From positions 3,808,001 to 3,872,000 of the forward strand of contig OZ252299.1 of assembly GCA_965250285.1 (NCBI GenBank): a DNA stretch of 64,000 bases, given 5' to 3'. The notes under the pieces are model-generated. The model was not told the origin of the DNA and ran no database searches. It saw only the letters and a program-made list of their open reading frames with translations. Position numbers and translations under genes: made by a program. Shown here piece after piece: positions 44,715 to 54,645 of this stretch (positions within the stretch are counted from its first letter, which is position 1; the number at the start of each line of letters is the position of its first letter). Origin of the DNA: Myxococcota bacterium. GTDB taxonomy: Bacteria; Myxococcota_A; UBA9160; UBA4427.

Positions 44715-45479
44715 TCAGTGCCCCTCGACGCGATGAACCCAGGACCAGACGAGGCCGGGCATCCAGCGGCGCATCACCTGCGCGATCTTCGTCTGCGTGT
44801 TCGGAAAGCAGAACGGCTTGCCCTTGTCGAGATCGCGCTCGACGGCGTCGAGCACGGCCGCCGGCGTGATCGGCTTGCCCATCTCGAGCACCTTCGGCTT
44901 CGACGTCGCCTGGGCGAGCAGAGGCGTATCGACCGGGGGCGGACATACGGCGATGATGCGCACACCCTTGCCGAGGTTCTCGTGGTAGAGCACTTCGCTG
45001 AAGGCCACGACCGCAAACTTCGCTGCGTTGTACGCGCCGAAGTGCATGGTCGGGCCCCAGCCCGCGATCGAAGCGAAGTTGATCAGGTCGCCCCGGCCGC
45101 GCTCGAGCATGCCAGGCAGGATCGCCTTTGCAACGTGGACGACGCCGTTGTAGTCGACCTCCATGATGCGCAGGATCGTCTCCGTATCCTGCTCCATCAG
45201 CAGGCCAGTCGGCATGATCGCCGCCGCGTTGTACACGCGGTCGATCGGCCCGAGCCGGTCCTCGACGGTCTTCACGGTATCGAGCACCGCCTGACCGTCG
45301 GTGACATCGAGACGCCACGTCTCGATCGACTCATGGCCGCGCGCCGTCTCGGCGAGCCCGGCCTCGTCGACGTCGACGGCGGCAACCCGCGCACCGGCCT
45401 CGGCCATGCGTTGCGCGGCGAGGCGCCCCATGCCGCTCCCGCCTCCCGTGACGAATACCACCTGACCCTGAAACGACAT
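44715..45479 (-). CDS. SDR-family oxidoreductase
   Basis: TGGGSGMG, YNAAK. Confidence 0.92.
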   Translation of the reverse strand: MSFQGQVVFVTGGGSGMGRLAAQRMAEAGARVAAVDVDEAGLAETARGHESIETWRLDVTDGQAVLDTVKTVEDRLGPIDRVYNAAAIMPTGLLMEQDTETILRIMEVDYNGVVHVAKAILPGMLERGRGDLINFASIAGWGPTMHFGAYNAAKFAVVAFSEVLYHENLGKGVRIIAVCPPPVDTPLLAQATSKPKVLEMGKPITPAAVLDAVERDLDKGKPFCFPNTQTKIAQVMRRWMPGLVWSWVHRVEGH

Positions 45480-45517
45480 CGATCTTCCTCCTGCTGTCGC
45501 TCGCTCACGCGAACGCG

Positions 45518-46300
45518 CTAGCGGGCACCCTGGCCATCATCGACCGTGATGACGGTGCCCGTGACGCACTCCGACGATGGCGACACGAGATAGAGTAGCG
45601 TCCCATCGAGCTGCTCGGGCTGCCCGATGCGCTTGCGCGGAAAGCCGCGGGTGATGTCACCGACCCGCTCGATCATCCCGTCCATCATCTCCGAAGAGAA
45701 GGCGCCCGGGGCGATCCCGTTGACGTTGATGTGATTGCGGGCCCACTCGACGGCGAGTACCTCGGTCATGCGGGCAATGCCCGCTTTCGTAACCGAGTAC
45801 AGCGCGGCCCCGCCCCCGGCATAGTGGAAGGCGCCGACCGAGCTGATGTTCACGATGCGTCCGGGCTGCTCGAGCTCGATCAGTCGACGCGCCACTTCAC
45901 ACGCGAGGATGTAGGGGCCGCGCAGGTTCGTGTCGATGACCGCGTCGATCAGCTCGAGCGACATCTTGTGGGCGCGCTGGGCATCGGGGATGCCTGCGTT
46001 GTTGATCAAGATCGAGACCGGGGCGCCGAGCGCCGCCTCGGCCGCTGAAGGGGCGGCTTTCGCTGCCTCGGCGTCGCACATGTCGAGGGGCAACTCGTAG
46101 GCCTGGCCCCCCGACTGCTTGATCTCGGCAGCCACCTCGGCGAGGCGATCGAGACGGCGGCCCGCGAGCGCGACCTGCGCGCCGCACCCCGCGAGCACCT
46201 GCGCGAAGCGGCGACCGAGGCCCGAGGTGGCTCCGGTGACGAGGGCGACCTGTCCGGACAGATCGGTGGACGTGACGTTCGGGGGCGGAGGGGTCGTCAT
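45518..46300 (-). CDS. SDR-family oxidoreductase (FabG-like)
   Basis: TGATSGLG, NNAG, YSVTK, VDDG. Confidence 0.92.
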   Translation of the reverse strand: MTTPPPPNVTSTDLSGQVALVTGATSGLGRRFAQVLAGCGAQVALAGRRLDRLAEVAAEIKQSGGQAYELPLDMCDAEAAKAAPSAAEAALGAPVSILINNAGIPDAQRAHKMSLELIDAVIDTNLRGPYILACEVARRLIELEQPGRIVNISSVGAFHYAGGGAALYSVTKAGIARMTEVLAVEWARNHINVNGIAPGAFSSEMMDGMIERVGDITRGFPRKRIGQPEQLDGTLLYLVSPSSECVTGTVITVDDGQGAR

Positions 46301-47487
46301 GCCGGGCGCAGCTCGTTCAGCTCGGCCGAGTTGCGGTAGAGGATCTTCTCCTGATCCGCGAGCGACAGCCCATCGAGCTCGTGCTCATCGAGGATGTCGC
46401 GGGGCCGCTCGAGTCCCTCCATGTGGGGCCAGTCGGAGCCGTAGATGACCCGGTCGACGCCCATGTGCTCGACGACGTCGGTGATCTTGTCTTCCCAGAA
46501 CGGATTGATCCAGACGTTGCGTCGAAACAGCTCACTCGGATCTTCACCGTAGTACCAGGGCATGCGCTCCTTCGAGTTTTCGAGCTTGACGAAGAGGTCG
46601 CGCAGGAACCCCGACCCGTTCTCGACCGAGCAGATGCGCAGATTCGGGAAGCGCTCGAACATCTTGTCGAACGCGAACGTCAGCAGGAAGTCGTAGATGG
46701 CGCGCTCGGGGATCAGCCCCGCGACGGTGGGCTTCTTGCCGCCGCCGAGCGCATCGAGCGCCGCGTTGCCGCCATAGCCGTTCGCCGTGTAGGCCGTGCT
46801 GCCCACATGCGCGACCACCGAGACCCCCGCTTCGTTGACGCGCGCCCAGAATGGATCGAAGCGCTCGTCGCAGTGCGAGAACCAGCCGTCTCGGGTGCAG
46901 ATCGGCGACGGACGCATCACGACCACGCGCGCGTCGTGCTCAAGGGCCCACTCGAGTTCGCTACACGCCCAGTCGACATCGGCCAGTGTGATGTAGGGTG
47001 CGGCGAAGAGCTTGCCCTTGTAGTTGAGGCCCCAGTCCTCTTCGAGCCAGCGGTTGAAGCCCTGGGTCAGCACACAGAGCGCCTTGATGTCGTGGCTCAT
47101 GGCCTGCTCGTAGAGCACGCCCGCCGTCGGGAAGAGCCAGGCGCCAGCGAGGCCCTGCTCTTCGACCTTCGCGACCCGTGCGTCGCGATCCATGTACTCG
47201 GGCGGCAGGGGCTCGAGCGCCGAACGAATGAGGTCGCTGAACGTCTTGCCCTCGGGGTTGCCCTTGTAGTACTCGCGCAGCACCCCGGGCTTCGAGATCG
47301 GGTTGAACGTCGGGTTGCCCACGGCGTGGTTGAGCTTGCCTGCGACCAGGTGCCGACGCTTGCCGTTCATGTCGACCCACTGCACGCAGCGACTCCACAT
47401 TCTGCGCGGCACGTGGCGCATGAATGCGTCCTCGGCCTCGTAGTAGTGGTTGTCGCAGTCGAAGATCGGACCGTCGTATCGTTCCAT
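46297..47487 (-). CDS. Amidohydrolase_2-family TIM-barrel metalloprotein
   Basis: DCDNHYYE, VVAHVG, RFPNLRICSVENG, YGSDWPHME. Confidence 0.85.
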   Translation of the reverse strand: MERYDGPIFDCDNHYYEAEDAFMRHVPRRMWSRCVQWVDMNGKRRHLVAGKLNHAVGNPTFNPISKPGVLREYYKGNPEGKTFSDLIRSALEPLPPEYMDRDARVAKVEEQGLAGAWLFPTAGVLYEQAMSHDIKALCVLTQGFNRWLEEDWGLNYKGKLFAAPYITLADVDWACSELEWALEHDARVVVMRPSPICTRDGWFSHCDERFDPFWARVNEAGVSVVAHVGSTAYTANGYGGNAALDALGGGKKPTVAGLIPERAIYDFLLTFAFDKMFERFPNLRICSVENGSGFLRDLFVKLENSKERMPWYYGEDPSELFRRNVWINPFWEDKITDVVEHMGVDRVIYGSDWPHMEGLERPRDILDEHELDGLSLADQEKILYRNSAELNELRPA

Positions 47488-47514
47488 GGGGTACTCCTAC
47501 GCACGAGACGCCGA

Positions 47515-48345
47515 CTAGCGCCCCTTGAACTCGGGCTTGCGCTTCTCGCGAAACGCGCGGATGCCCTCGCGGACGTCTTCCGACCGCCCGATGATCGTCT
47601 GATTTCGCGCCTCGAGATCGAGCAGACTCTCGAACGACAGGTGGTCGCTCTGGTACACCGCCTCCTTGGCCTTCCCGTACGCTCGGGTCGGGCCGTGGGC
47701 CAGGCGGTCGGCCCATTCAGCCGTCGCGCTCGCGAGCGCATCGGCGGCGACGACCTCGTTCACCAGCCCGAGGCGCAGGGCCTCGTCGGCCGCGATCAGC
47801 TGGCCGGTGAACAGCAGCTCGAGGGCCTTGGCGGGCCCGACCAGCTCGCGCAGCATCGCCGACGCACCGCCGTCCGGCCCGAGGCCGATCTTCGAGAAGA
47901 CGACACCCATCCGAGCCGCGTCGGACGCAACGCGCAAATCGGCTGCCAGCGCGAGGCTGCAGCCGATGCCGACCGCGTCCCCGTTGAGGCTCGCGATCAC
48001 CGGCTTCGGCAGCCGTCGCAGCGCGAGGATGCAGCGATTGCCGCGGTCGAGGATGTCGCCGCCCGCATCACCGGGGAAGGCGGCGCGCTCGGTGCGGCGG
48101 CGCTCCTCCTTCGAGACCGGCATCAGATCGGCCCCGGCCGAGAAGCCGCGCCCAGTGCCGGTCAACACGACCACGCGGACGGCATCGTCGGCCTCGATCT
48201 CGAGCAGCATGCGCTCCATGTCGAGGAAGAGGCCCGTCGTGAGCGCATTGCGTGCTTTCAGCCGATTAAGCGTCAGCGTCGCCACCCCACCCGTGAGGTC
48301 GAAGAGCAGCGGGGTCTCCTGATTCGCATCGGCGTTCTCGGTCAT
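47515..48345 (-). CDS. Crotonase-family enoyl-CoA hydratase/isomerase (PaaG-like)
   Basis: FSAGADL, KPVIASLNGDAVGIG, FSKIGLGPDGG, EGIRAFREKRKP. Confidence 0.9.
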   Translation of the reverse strand: MTENADANQETPLLFDLTGGVATLTLNRLKARNALTTGLFLDMERMLLEIEADDAVRVVVLTGTGRGFSAGADLMPVSKEERRRTERAAFPGDAGGDILDRGNRCILALRRLPKPVIASLNGDAVGIGCSLALAADLRVASDAARMGVVFSKIGLGPDGGASAMLRELVGPAKALELLFTGQLIAADEALRLGLVNEVVAADALASATAEWADRLAHGPTRAYGKAKEAVYQSDHLSFESLLDLEARNQTIIGRSEDVREGIRAFREKRKPEFKGR

Positions 48346-48361
48346 TCGATCTCTCCCCCGC

Positions 48362-49636
48362 TCAGGCCAGATTCACCGGCATGCGCTTGATCGCGCTGAT
48401 GAAGTTCGACTGGAGCCGCTCGGGGGGTCCAGCCAGGCTCACGTCAGGATACCGGCGAAAGAACTCTTCCAGGGTCACGCGCATCTCGAGGCGAGCGATG
48501 TGGCTGCCCATGCAGAAGTGCGTCCCGACCCCGAAGGCGAGATGGGGATTCGGCTTGCGCGTGATGTCGAACGACTCGGGTGCATCGAAGACCTCGGGGT
48601 CTCGATTCGCAGCGCCGTAGTACATCACGACCTTGTCGCCGCGCGCGATCGACTGCTCGCCGATGCGCGTGTCGCGTGTCGCCGTCCGCCGAAACTGCAT
48701 GACCGGCGAGACCCAGCGCAGCATCTCCTCGATCGCTCCGGGCAGCAGCGATGGGTCGCGACGCAGGCGGTCGAACTGCTCGGGATGCTCGCACAGCGCC
48801 TGCAATCCACCGGAGAGCGCGTTCCGGGTCGTTTCGTTGCCCGCAATGATGAGCAGAAAGAAATTGACCTGGGTCATCATGCGCGAGAGCGGCGCACCGT
48901 GATACGTGCCGTTCACCATGCTCGAAAAGACGTCTTCTGCCGGACGCCGACGGCGCTCGCGGGCGAGCAGCGCCGACTGAACGAAGATCTGCAGCAGCGC
49001 GAAGCGCGCCCGGAGCAGATTGAATCGGCCCGGCTCGCCGAACGACATGATCTGGTTCGTCCAGCGGTAGAAACGGGCGGTGTAGTCGTCGGGCACACCG
49101 AGAGAGTTCGTCAGGACACGCAACGAGATCGGCGCCGAGACGTCGTCGACGAAGTCGCACTCGCCGCGGTCGCCGATCCGGTCGAGGGTCTCGACGACGA
49201 CGCGACGCATATGCGCTTCGGTCAGAGCCACGGCCCGCGGCTTGAATGGCGCGTTCATCAGGTTGCGGAGCTCGGCGTGATCGGGCGGATCCATCTGGAT
49301 CAACTGTTCGCGTGCCAGCCTTCGTTCGCTGGGTCGCACCTCGTTGAGGGCCGACGTCCCGAGCGCCGACGAGAACAGATCGGGGTGCTTCGACACGAAA
49401 GCGACGTCTTCGTAGCGGGTGAGCGCCCAGTAGCCCGGCCCCGGCAGAAAGACCGGGATCTCGCACTCTCTCTGCCAGTGCACGGGCGCCTGCTCGCGCA
49501 GCACGCGGAAGTACGCGTGCGGCACCCCGTCGGCGAAGGTCTTCGGATCGGAGAGGTCGACGTCGCCGGGCCGAAGCGAGGCCTGTACAGGCATCGAGGC
49601 GCCAAAGTCGAGCCGGGTCGGTTGGGTTGCAGTCAT
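48362..49636 (-). CDS. Cytochrome P450 (CYP125/CYP142-like)
   Basis: GYWALTRYEDV, MDPPDH, AGNETTRN, EEMLRWVSPV, FRRTA, FGVGTHFCMG. Confidence 0.93.
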   Translation of the reverse strand: MTATQPTRLDFGASMPVQASLRPGDVDLSDPKTFADGVPHAYFRVLREQAPVHWQRECEIPVFLPGPGYWALTRYEDVAFVSKHPDLFSSALGTSALNEVRPSERRLAREQLIQMDPPDHAELRNLMNAPFKPRAVALTEAHMRRVVVETLDRIGDRGECDFVDDVSAPISLRVLTNSLGVPDDYTARFYRWTNQIMSFGEPGRFNLLRARFALLQIFVQSALLARERRRRPAEDVFSSMVNGTYHGAPLSRMMTQVNFFLLIIAGNETTRNALSGGLQALCEHPEQFDRLRRDPSLLPGAIEEMLRWVSPVMQFRRTATRDTRIGEQSIARGDKVVMYYGAANRDPEVFDAPESFDITRKPNPHLAFGVGTHFCMGSHIARLEMRVTLEEFFRRYPDVSLAGPPERLQSNFISAIKRMPVNLA

Positions 49637-49665
49637 CGGGCACCTCCCGTCAGCGAGCCCACCGC

Positions 49666-50400
49666 TCAGCGATCCGACGCGATCCACGCGACGGGTCGCT
49701 TGAACTCGTCGGGCGCCATCCGCTCGGCGGCGCGGGCGGCCGCCTGCATCGAGTCGGTCATGAGCCGGCGCGCCGCCTCGGCGTCGCCCGCCTCGATCGC
49801 GGCGATGACGCGCTCGTAGCTGCGCAGCGCCGAGCGCCGCTGCCGCTCGTCCCAGTCGGCGCTCTTCTCGCCCGACATGCGATGCAGCGCCTCGACGAGG
49901 ATCGCCAGCACACGGTTGCCCGACGCCGTCGCCGTCAGGCTCATGAAGCGCCGCGCCTCCTCGCGAAACAGATCGGGGTCGTGCTCACCCTCATGCAGAC
50001 GCGCGACGCACTCGTGCAGCGCTGCTATGTCGGCCGGGCCGGCGTTCTGCGCCGCCTCGGCCGCGAGCACTGGATAGATCGAGCAGCGCGCCTCGACCAC
50101 CGACCGATACGAAGCATCGGCGAACTGCAGATGGAGGGAGAGCACGCTCGCGAGGTGATCGGCGCCGGGCGCGCTCACGACCGGGCCGCCTCCGGGCCCG
50201 GCCTTGATGCGCAGCGCGCCCTGCAGCTCGAGAAAACGCAGCGCCTCACGCACGGTCGCCCGCGACACGCCGAGCTCTTCGACCATCCGATGCTCGGCCT
50301 CGAGCTGTGTGCCCGGGCGCAGGCGCCGGCGACGAATCTCGCTCACGAGCCGGCGCGCGATGCGGACCGCTGCGCGCTCGGGGCGTCTCTTGCGGTTCAT
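49666..50400 (-). CDS. GntR/FadR-family regulator
   Basis: LRPGTQLEAE...LGVSRATVREALRFLE...GPGGG; FCD-like C-terminus (ASGNRVL). Confidence 0.92.
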   Translation of the reverse strand: MNRKRRPERAAVRIARRLVSEIRRRRLRPGTQLEAEHRMVEELGVSRATVREALRFLELQGALRIKAGPGGGPVVSAPGADHLASVLSLHLQFADASYRSVVEARCSIYPVLAAEAAQNAGPADIAALHECVARLHEGEHDPDLFREEARRFMSLTATASGNRVLAILVEALHRMSGEKSADWDERQRRSALRSYERVIAAIEAGDAEAARRLMTDSMQAAARAAERMAPDEFKRPVAWIASDR

Positions 50401-50465
50401 GGGCGACGCGCCTCCGGATCGTCGATTGCGGACCTCCCGGGCCTCGCGACGTTGACGACGGAATA

Positions 50466-50479
50466 ACTAGTATCATAGT
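50466..50479. promoter_or_regulatory. Candidate FadR operator, copy 1
   Basis: ACTAGTATCATAGT between the divergent FadR and acyl-CoA dehydrogenase genes; recurs at 57892. Confidence 0.65.
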
Positions 50480-50517
50480 ATTGATCGGGACGCGACAGCG
50501 AACCCCCTGGAGGCCCC

Positions 50518-52680
50518 ATGTCGATCGCGATCTCGGACGAGCACCAGGAGCTGGGACGCGTCGCGCGCTCTTTCCTCACCTCTCACGATGCCCGCAGCGC
50601 GTCGCGCGCCATGCTCGAGGCAGCGGACGATCGCGTGCCCGACTTCTGGAAGGCGATGGCCGAGCTCGGCTGGCTCGGGCTTCACATCGACGAGGCCCAC
50701 GGGGGGCAGGGCTTCGGGCTCTCCGAACTCTCGGTCGTCGTCGAGGCCCTCGGCTTCGCGATGGCGCCCGGCCCTTTTCTCCCCACCGTCGTCACGTCGG
50801 CGCTCATCAACGAGGTCGGCCATGAGTCGGCCCGCACCGCGTTGCTACCGGCGCTCGCAGGCGGTGCGTGCATCGGCGGCACAGGCATCAGCGGTGATCT
50901 CGCGTTCGGCCCGGAGGGCCGCGTCAGCGGATCGGCCGGCTGGGTGCTCGGCGCCGAGCTCGCCGGCGTGCTCGCACTCGGGGTGGGCGACGATGTCGTG
51001 CTGGTCGAGGCGGGTCAGCCCGGCGTCTCGATCGCAGCGCAGAAGAACCTCGACCCGAGCCGGCCCGCCGCGCGCGTCGAGCTCGACGGTGTCGAAGTCG
51101 ATCCGTCCCGCCGACTCTCTGCGGCTCGCCCACGGCTCGTCCGATTCGTCCGCACCCTCGCTGCCGCCGAAGCAGCGGGCGGCGCGCGCGCCGTGACCGA
51201 GATGGCGGCCGACTATGCCAAGGAGCGCGTGCAGTTCGGGCGGCCCATCGGCACGTTCGGCCCGGTCAAGCACCACTGTGCCGACATGCTGTCTGCAACC
51301 GAGCTGGCGACGGCCGGCGCGTGGGGCGCCGCCCGTGGAAACCTCGATCGCGACGAGGCCGAGCTCGCCGCGGCGATCGCGTGCGGCAACGCTCTGTCGG
51401 CGTTCTCTTTCTGCTCGAAGCTCAACATTCAGGTGCATGGCGGCATCGGCTACACGTGGGAGCACGACGCGCACCTCTACCTGAGGCGAGCCGTCGCCCT
51501 CGAGGCATTCGCGGGCCCGATCGACGCGGCGCGCGAGGACGTCGTGCGTTGCATGGCCCGGGGCGCTCGAACGCGCCGGAGCATCGAGCTCCCGCCCGAA
51601 GCCGACGCCTACCGAGACGAAGCGCGCCGCTTCGTCGACGAATATGAGGCCCTGCCGAAAGAGTCGAAGCGCAAAGCGCTCAGCGATAGCGGCTACCTCG
51701 TGCCGCACTGGCCCGAGCCGTGGGGGCGCGATGCCGGGCCGATCGAGCAGCTCGTCATCGAGGAAGCCTTCAAGGGCGTCCGCCGCCCCGACCTCAGCAT
51801 CAGCGGTTGGAACGCACTCACGATCTCGCAGCACGGCAACGCCGAGCAGGTTGCGCGCTTCGTACGACCGGCCCTCGAAGGCCAGATCGAATTCTGCCAG
51901 CTCTTCAGTGAGCCGGGCGCCGGTTCGGACGCCGCGGCGGTTCAGACCCGTGGGTTTCGGGTCGAAGGCGGCTGGCGGGTGACGGGCCAGAAGGTCTGGA
52001 CGAGCAATGCCCATCGCTGCACGCATGGCTTCGCGACCGTGCGCACCGACACCGACGCCGCCAAGCACGCGGGGATCACGATGATGGTGGTCGACCTGAA
52101 GGCCGAAGGCGTCGAGATTCGACCGCTGCGGCAGATCACCGGCCATGCCCACTTCAACGAGGTGTTCTTCGACGACGTCTTCGTCCCCGATGAAGACGTC
52201 GTGGGCCCGGTCGACCAGGGCTGGACCATCGCACGCAGCACACTCGGCAACGAACGCATCTCGCTGGGCGGCGGAACCGACGGCGGTATGGGCGGCGGCC
52301 CGGATCTGCTCGACCTGCTGCGACGCCATGCGCCGGACGACGTCGGCCTGGCCCGCGAGGTCGGCGAGGCTCTCGCCGAGACCGAAGCCATCGCCCTCAT
52401 GAACCTGCGCGGCGTGATTCGCGCCGTCGAAGGCGCCGAGCCCGGCGCCGAGGGCAACGTGAAGAAGCTGATCGGCGCCGAGCTCGCCCAGCGCAAGGGG
52501 GCGCTCGCTGCCCGCCTCGTCGGGCCGGCCGCCGCCGTGCGCGAAGGTGAAGACAAGCGCGCCGGCACGTGGCTCATGGCGACGATGGCCGCGACCATCG
52601 GGGGTGGCACGTCGGAGATCATTCGCAATCAGATCGCCGAACGGATCCTGGGCCTGCCCCGAGATCCCTTGATCTCGTAG
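50518..52680 (+). CDS. Two-domain fused acyl-CoA dehydrogenase (FadE34/ChsE3-like)
   Basis: Domain 1: RVQFGRPIG, QVHGGIGYTWEH; domain 2: CQLFSEPGAGSD, GQKVWTS, FNEVFFDDV, NER, IGGGTSEI. Confidence 0.92.
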   Translation: MSIAISDEHQELGRVARSFLTSHDARSASRAMLEAADDRVPDFWKAMAELGWLGLHIDEAHGGQGFGLSELSVVVEALGFAMAPGPFLPTVVTSALINEVGHESARTALLPALAGGACIGGTGISGDLAFGPEGRVSGSAGWVLGAELAGVLALGVGDDVVLVEAGQPGVSIAAQKNLDPSRPAARVELDGVEVDPSRRLSAARPRLVRFVRTLAAAEAAGGARAVTEMAADYAKERVQFGRPIGTFGPVKHHCADMLSATELATAGAWGAARGNLDRDEAELAAAIACGNALSAFSFCSKLNIQVHGGIGYTWEHDAHLYLRRAVALEAFAGPIDAAREDVVRCMARGARTRRSIELPPEADAYRDEARRFVDEYEALPKESKRKALSDSGYLVPHWPEPWGRDAGPIEQLVIEEAFKGVRRPDLSISGWNALTISQHGNAEQVARFVRPALEGQIEFCQLFSEPGAGSDAAAVQTRGFRVEGGWRVTGQKVWTSNAHRCTHGFATVRTDTDAAKHAGITMMVVDLKAEGVEIRPLRQITGHAHFNEVFFDDVFVPDEDVVGPVDQGWTIARSTLGNERISLGGGTDGGMGGGPDLLDLLRRHAPDDVGLAREVGEALAETEAIALMNLRGVIRAVEGAEPGAEGNVKKLIGAELAQRKGALAARLVGPAAAVREGEDKRAGTWLMATMAATIGGGTSEIIRNQIAERILGLPRDPLIS

Positions 52681-52691
52681 GAGAGCACTTC

Positions 52692-53702
52692 ATGTCATCG
52701 GATGGCGGCAACGAGAAGCCGGGCGCACACCGCATCGTCAAGTGGTCGCCGCCCTACCGGCGCGAGAACGTCGAGGAGCCCGAGTTCGATCTCATCGAGA
52801 TCGAGCGCGACGGACCGATCGGTCGAATCATCCTCAATAGTCCCGAGAAGCGAAACCCGCTCGGCTACGAGCGACTCCTGCAGATCGAGATGGCGGCGAA
52901 GCTGCTCGAGCTCGACGAGGAAGTGCGGGTTCTCATCATCAAGGGTCAGGGCCCCGCCTTCTCGGCCGGGTACGACATCACGCCGGTCAAGAAGGGCGAA
53001 CGCCAGCGAAACATGCCGCCGGGCGGCTACATCCACCCCGAGCGCGACCGACTGTGGCAGTCGTACGACCTCGAGCACGCGCGCGTCTACATGACGCTCT
53101 TCGACCTGCAGAAACCGGTCATCGCGCAGATCCACGGCGCCTGCCTCGCCGGCGCCACCGAGCTCGCCGGGTTCTGCGATCTGCGCGTCGTGGCGGACGA
53201 CGCGAAGATCGGCTGGCCCGTGGGCCGCAACTGGTCGCCGGGCAACCTGCAGTACATCCCCTGGCTGGTCGGAATGACCCGGGCCAAGTACTACATGTTC
53301 ACGTGCGAACCCATGAGCGGCCGCGAGGCATTCGAAGGCAACTGGGCGTCGGAGTCGGTGCCGCCGGAGCGACTCGAAGAGCGCACCGAGGAGCTGGCGC
53401 GACAGATCGCGCTGACACCCACCGATCTGATCATGCTCACGAAGCGCAGCATCAACCGCCAGTTCGAGGTGATGGGGTTCAAGACCGGCATCTCGACGAG
53501 CGTCGACCTGCTCGCGCTCTCGAGCTTTCGCGAGGGGGGGCTGTACTCGAAGAAGTCGCGCGACGGCCAGGGCGGCGACGAGTTTCTCGAACGGTCGCAT
53601 CGAGACGGCCTGAAGTCGGCGCTCGAGTGGCGCGAGGAGAAGTTCGGGAACCGCTACCGACCGGGCGGCGACGATGTGGAGCCGGGCGCCGAAGACAGCT
53701 GA
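52692..53702 (+). CDS. Crotonase-family protein
   Basis: PEKRNPL, FSAGYDI, KPVIAQIHGACLAGATEL. Confidence 0.88.
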   Translation: MSSDGGNEKPGAHRIVKWSPPYRRENVEEPEFDLIEIERDGPIGRIILNSPEKRNPLGYERLLQIEMAAKLLELDEEVRVLIIKGQGPAFSAGYDITPVKKGERQRNMPPGGYIHPERDRLWQSYDLEHARVYMTLFDLQKPVIAQIHGACLAGATELAGFCDLRVVADDAKIGWPVGRNWSPGNLQYIPWLVGMTRAKYYMFTCEPMSGREAFEGNWASESVPPERLEERTEELARQIALTPTDLIMLTKRSINRQFEVMGFKTGISTSVDLLALSSFREGGLYSKKSRDGQGGDEFLERSHRDGLKSALEWREEKFGNRYRPGGDDVEPGAEDS

Positions 53703-53757
53703 GGCGAGTGAGAACCCACCCGGAGGCGCGCGCCTTCGACGATGGAAGGAAGACTGC

Positions 53758-54636
53758 ATGAGTGCCCCTGCCCTCGATGCCAACGAGCTCGAGTTCTATT
53801 GGGAGAATGGGTATGTGGTCAAGCCCGGGCTGATCCCTCGAGCCGATCTCGATCGCTGGCTCGAGCGGCTGGACGACATCGTGCAGCAGCGCGTCCCGAA
53901 GGCCGACGGCATGCTCGTCATGAAGGACGTCATGGTCGCGAAGGGAAAGGTCGAGCCCGGCAACCAACTCGAGGCGATTGCGAAGATTCAGGACTATGAG
54001 AAGGATCCGGTCCTCGACACATACACGACGCACACGAGCGTGCTCGATGTGATCGAGTGCATCGTGGGCCACGACGTGCAGACGATCCACACGATGCTGA
54101 TCAACAAGCCGCCGAATGTCGACGGCCGACACCCGATTCATCAAGATCTGCTGTACTTCCCGTTCCGTCCGGCTGACCGCATCGTCGCATCGTGGACGGC
54201 ACTCGAACGCGTCACGAAAGAGAACGGCTGCCTCGTCGTCGTGCCGGGGAGCCATCGCGGCGAGCTCCTCACGCACGAGAATCCGCCCGACATCGAAGAT
54301 CTCAACATGGGCTACTTCGGAGCGGCCGACATCGGCGACCAGATCGATGGCCGTATCCATCTCGAGATGGAGCCGGGCGACACCGTGTTCTTCCACCCGG
54401 TGCTGCTACACGGGTCGGGTCGCAATCGAACCGACGGCTTCCGACGCGCGATCTCGGCGCACTATACGGCGCTCGACGTCGAGTGGGTGTGGAAGCAGGA
54501 TGACTTCTCGGCCCGCAAGTACCGCATCGTGCGGGGCCCGCGCGCAGGCGAGCGCTGGGCCGGCGCTCGGACGAACGACGCCGACACCGTCATCGACCCC
54601 CGCGACAAGATCAGGGGCTTCGGCTCGGGCCGGTGA
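53758..54636 (+). CDS. phyH: Phytanoyl-CoA dioxygenase (PhyH; Fe(II)/2-oxoglutarate)
   Basis: HTMLINKPP, RHPIHQDLLYFPFRP, NGCLVVVPGSH, GDTVFFHPVLLHGSGRN, FRRAISAHY. Confidence 0.9.
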   Translation: MSAPALDANELEFYWENGYVVKPGLIPRADLDRWLERLDDIVQQRVPKADGMLVMKDVMVAKGKVEPGNQLEAIAKIQDYEKDPVLDTYTTHTSVLDVIECIVGHDVQTIHTMLINKPPNVDGRHPIHQDLLYFPFRPADRIVASWTALERVTKENGCLVVVPGSHRGELLTHENPPDIEDLNMGYFGAADIGDQIDGRIHLEMEPGDTVFFHPVLLHGSGRNRTDGFRRAISAHYTALDVEWVWKQDDFSARKYRIVRGPRAGERWAGARTNDADTVIDPRDKIRGFGSGR

Positions 54637-54645
54637 CAGGCCGCG

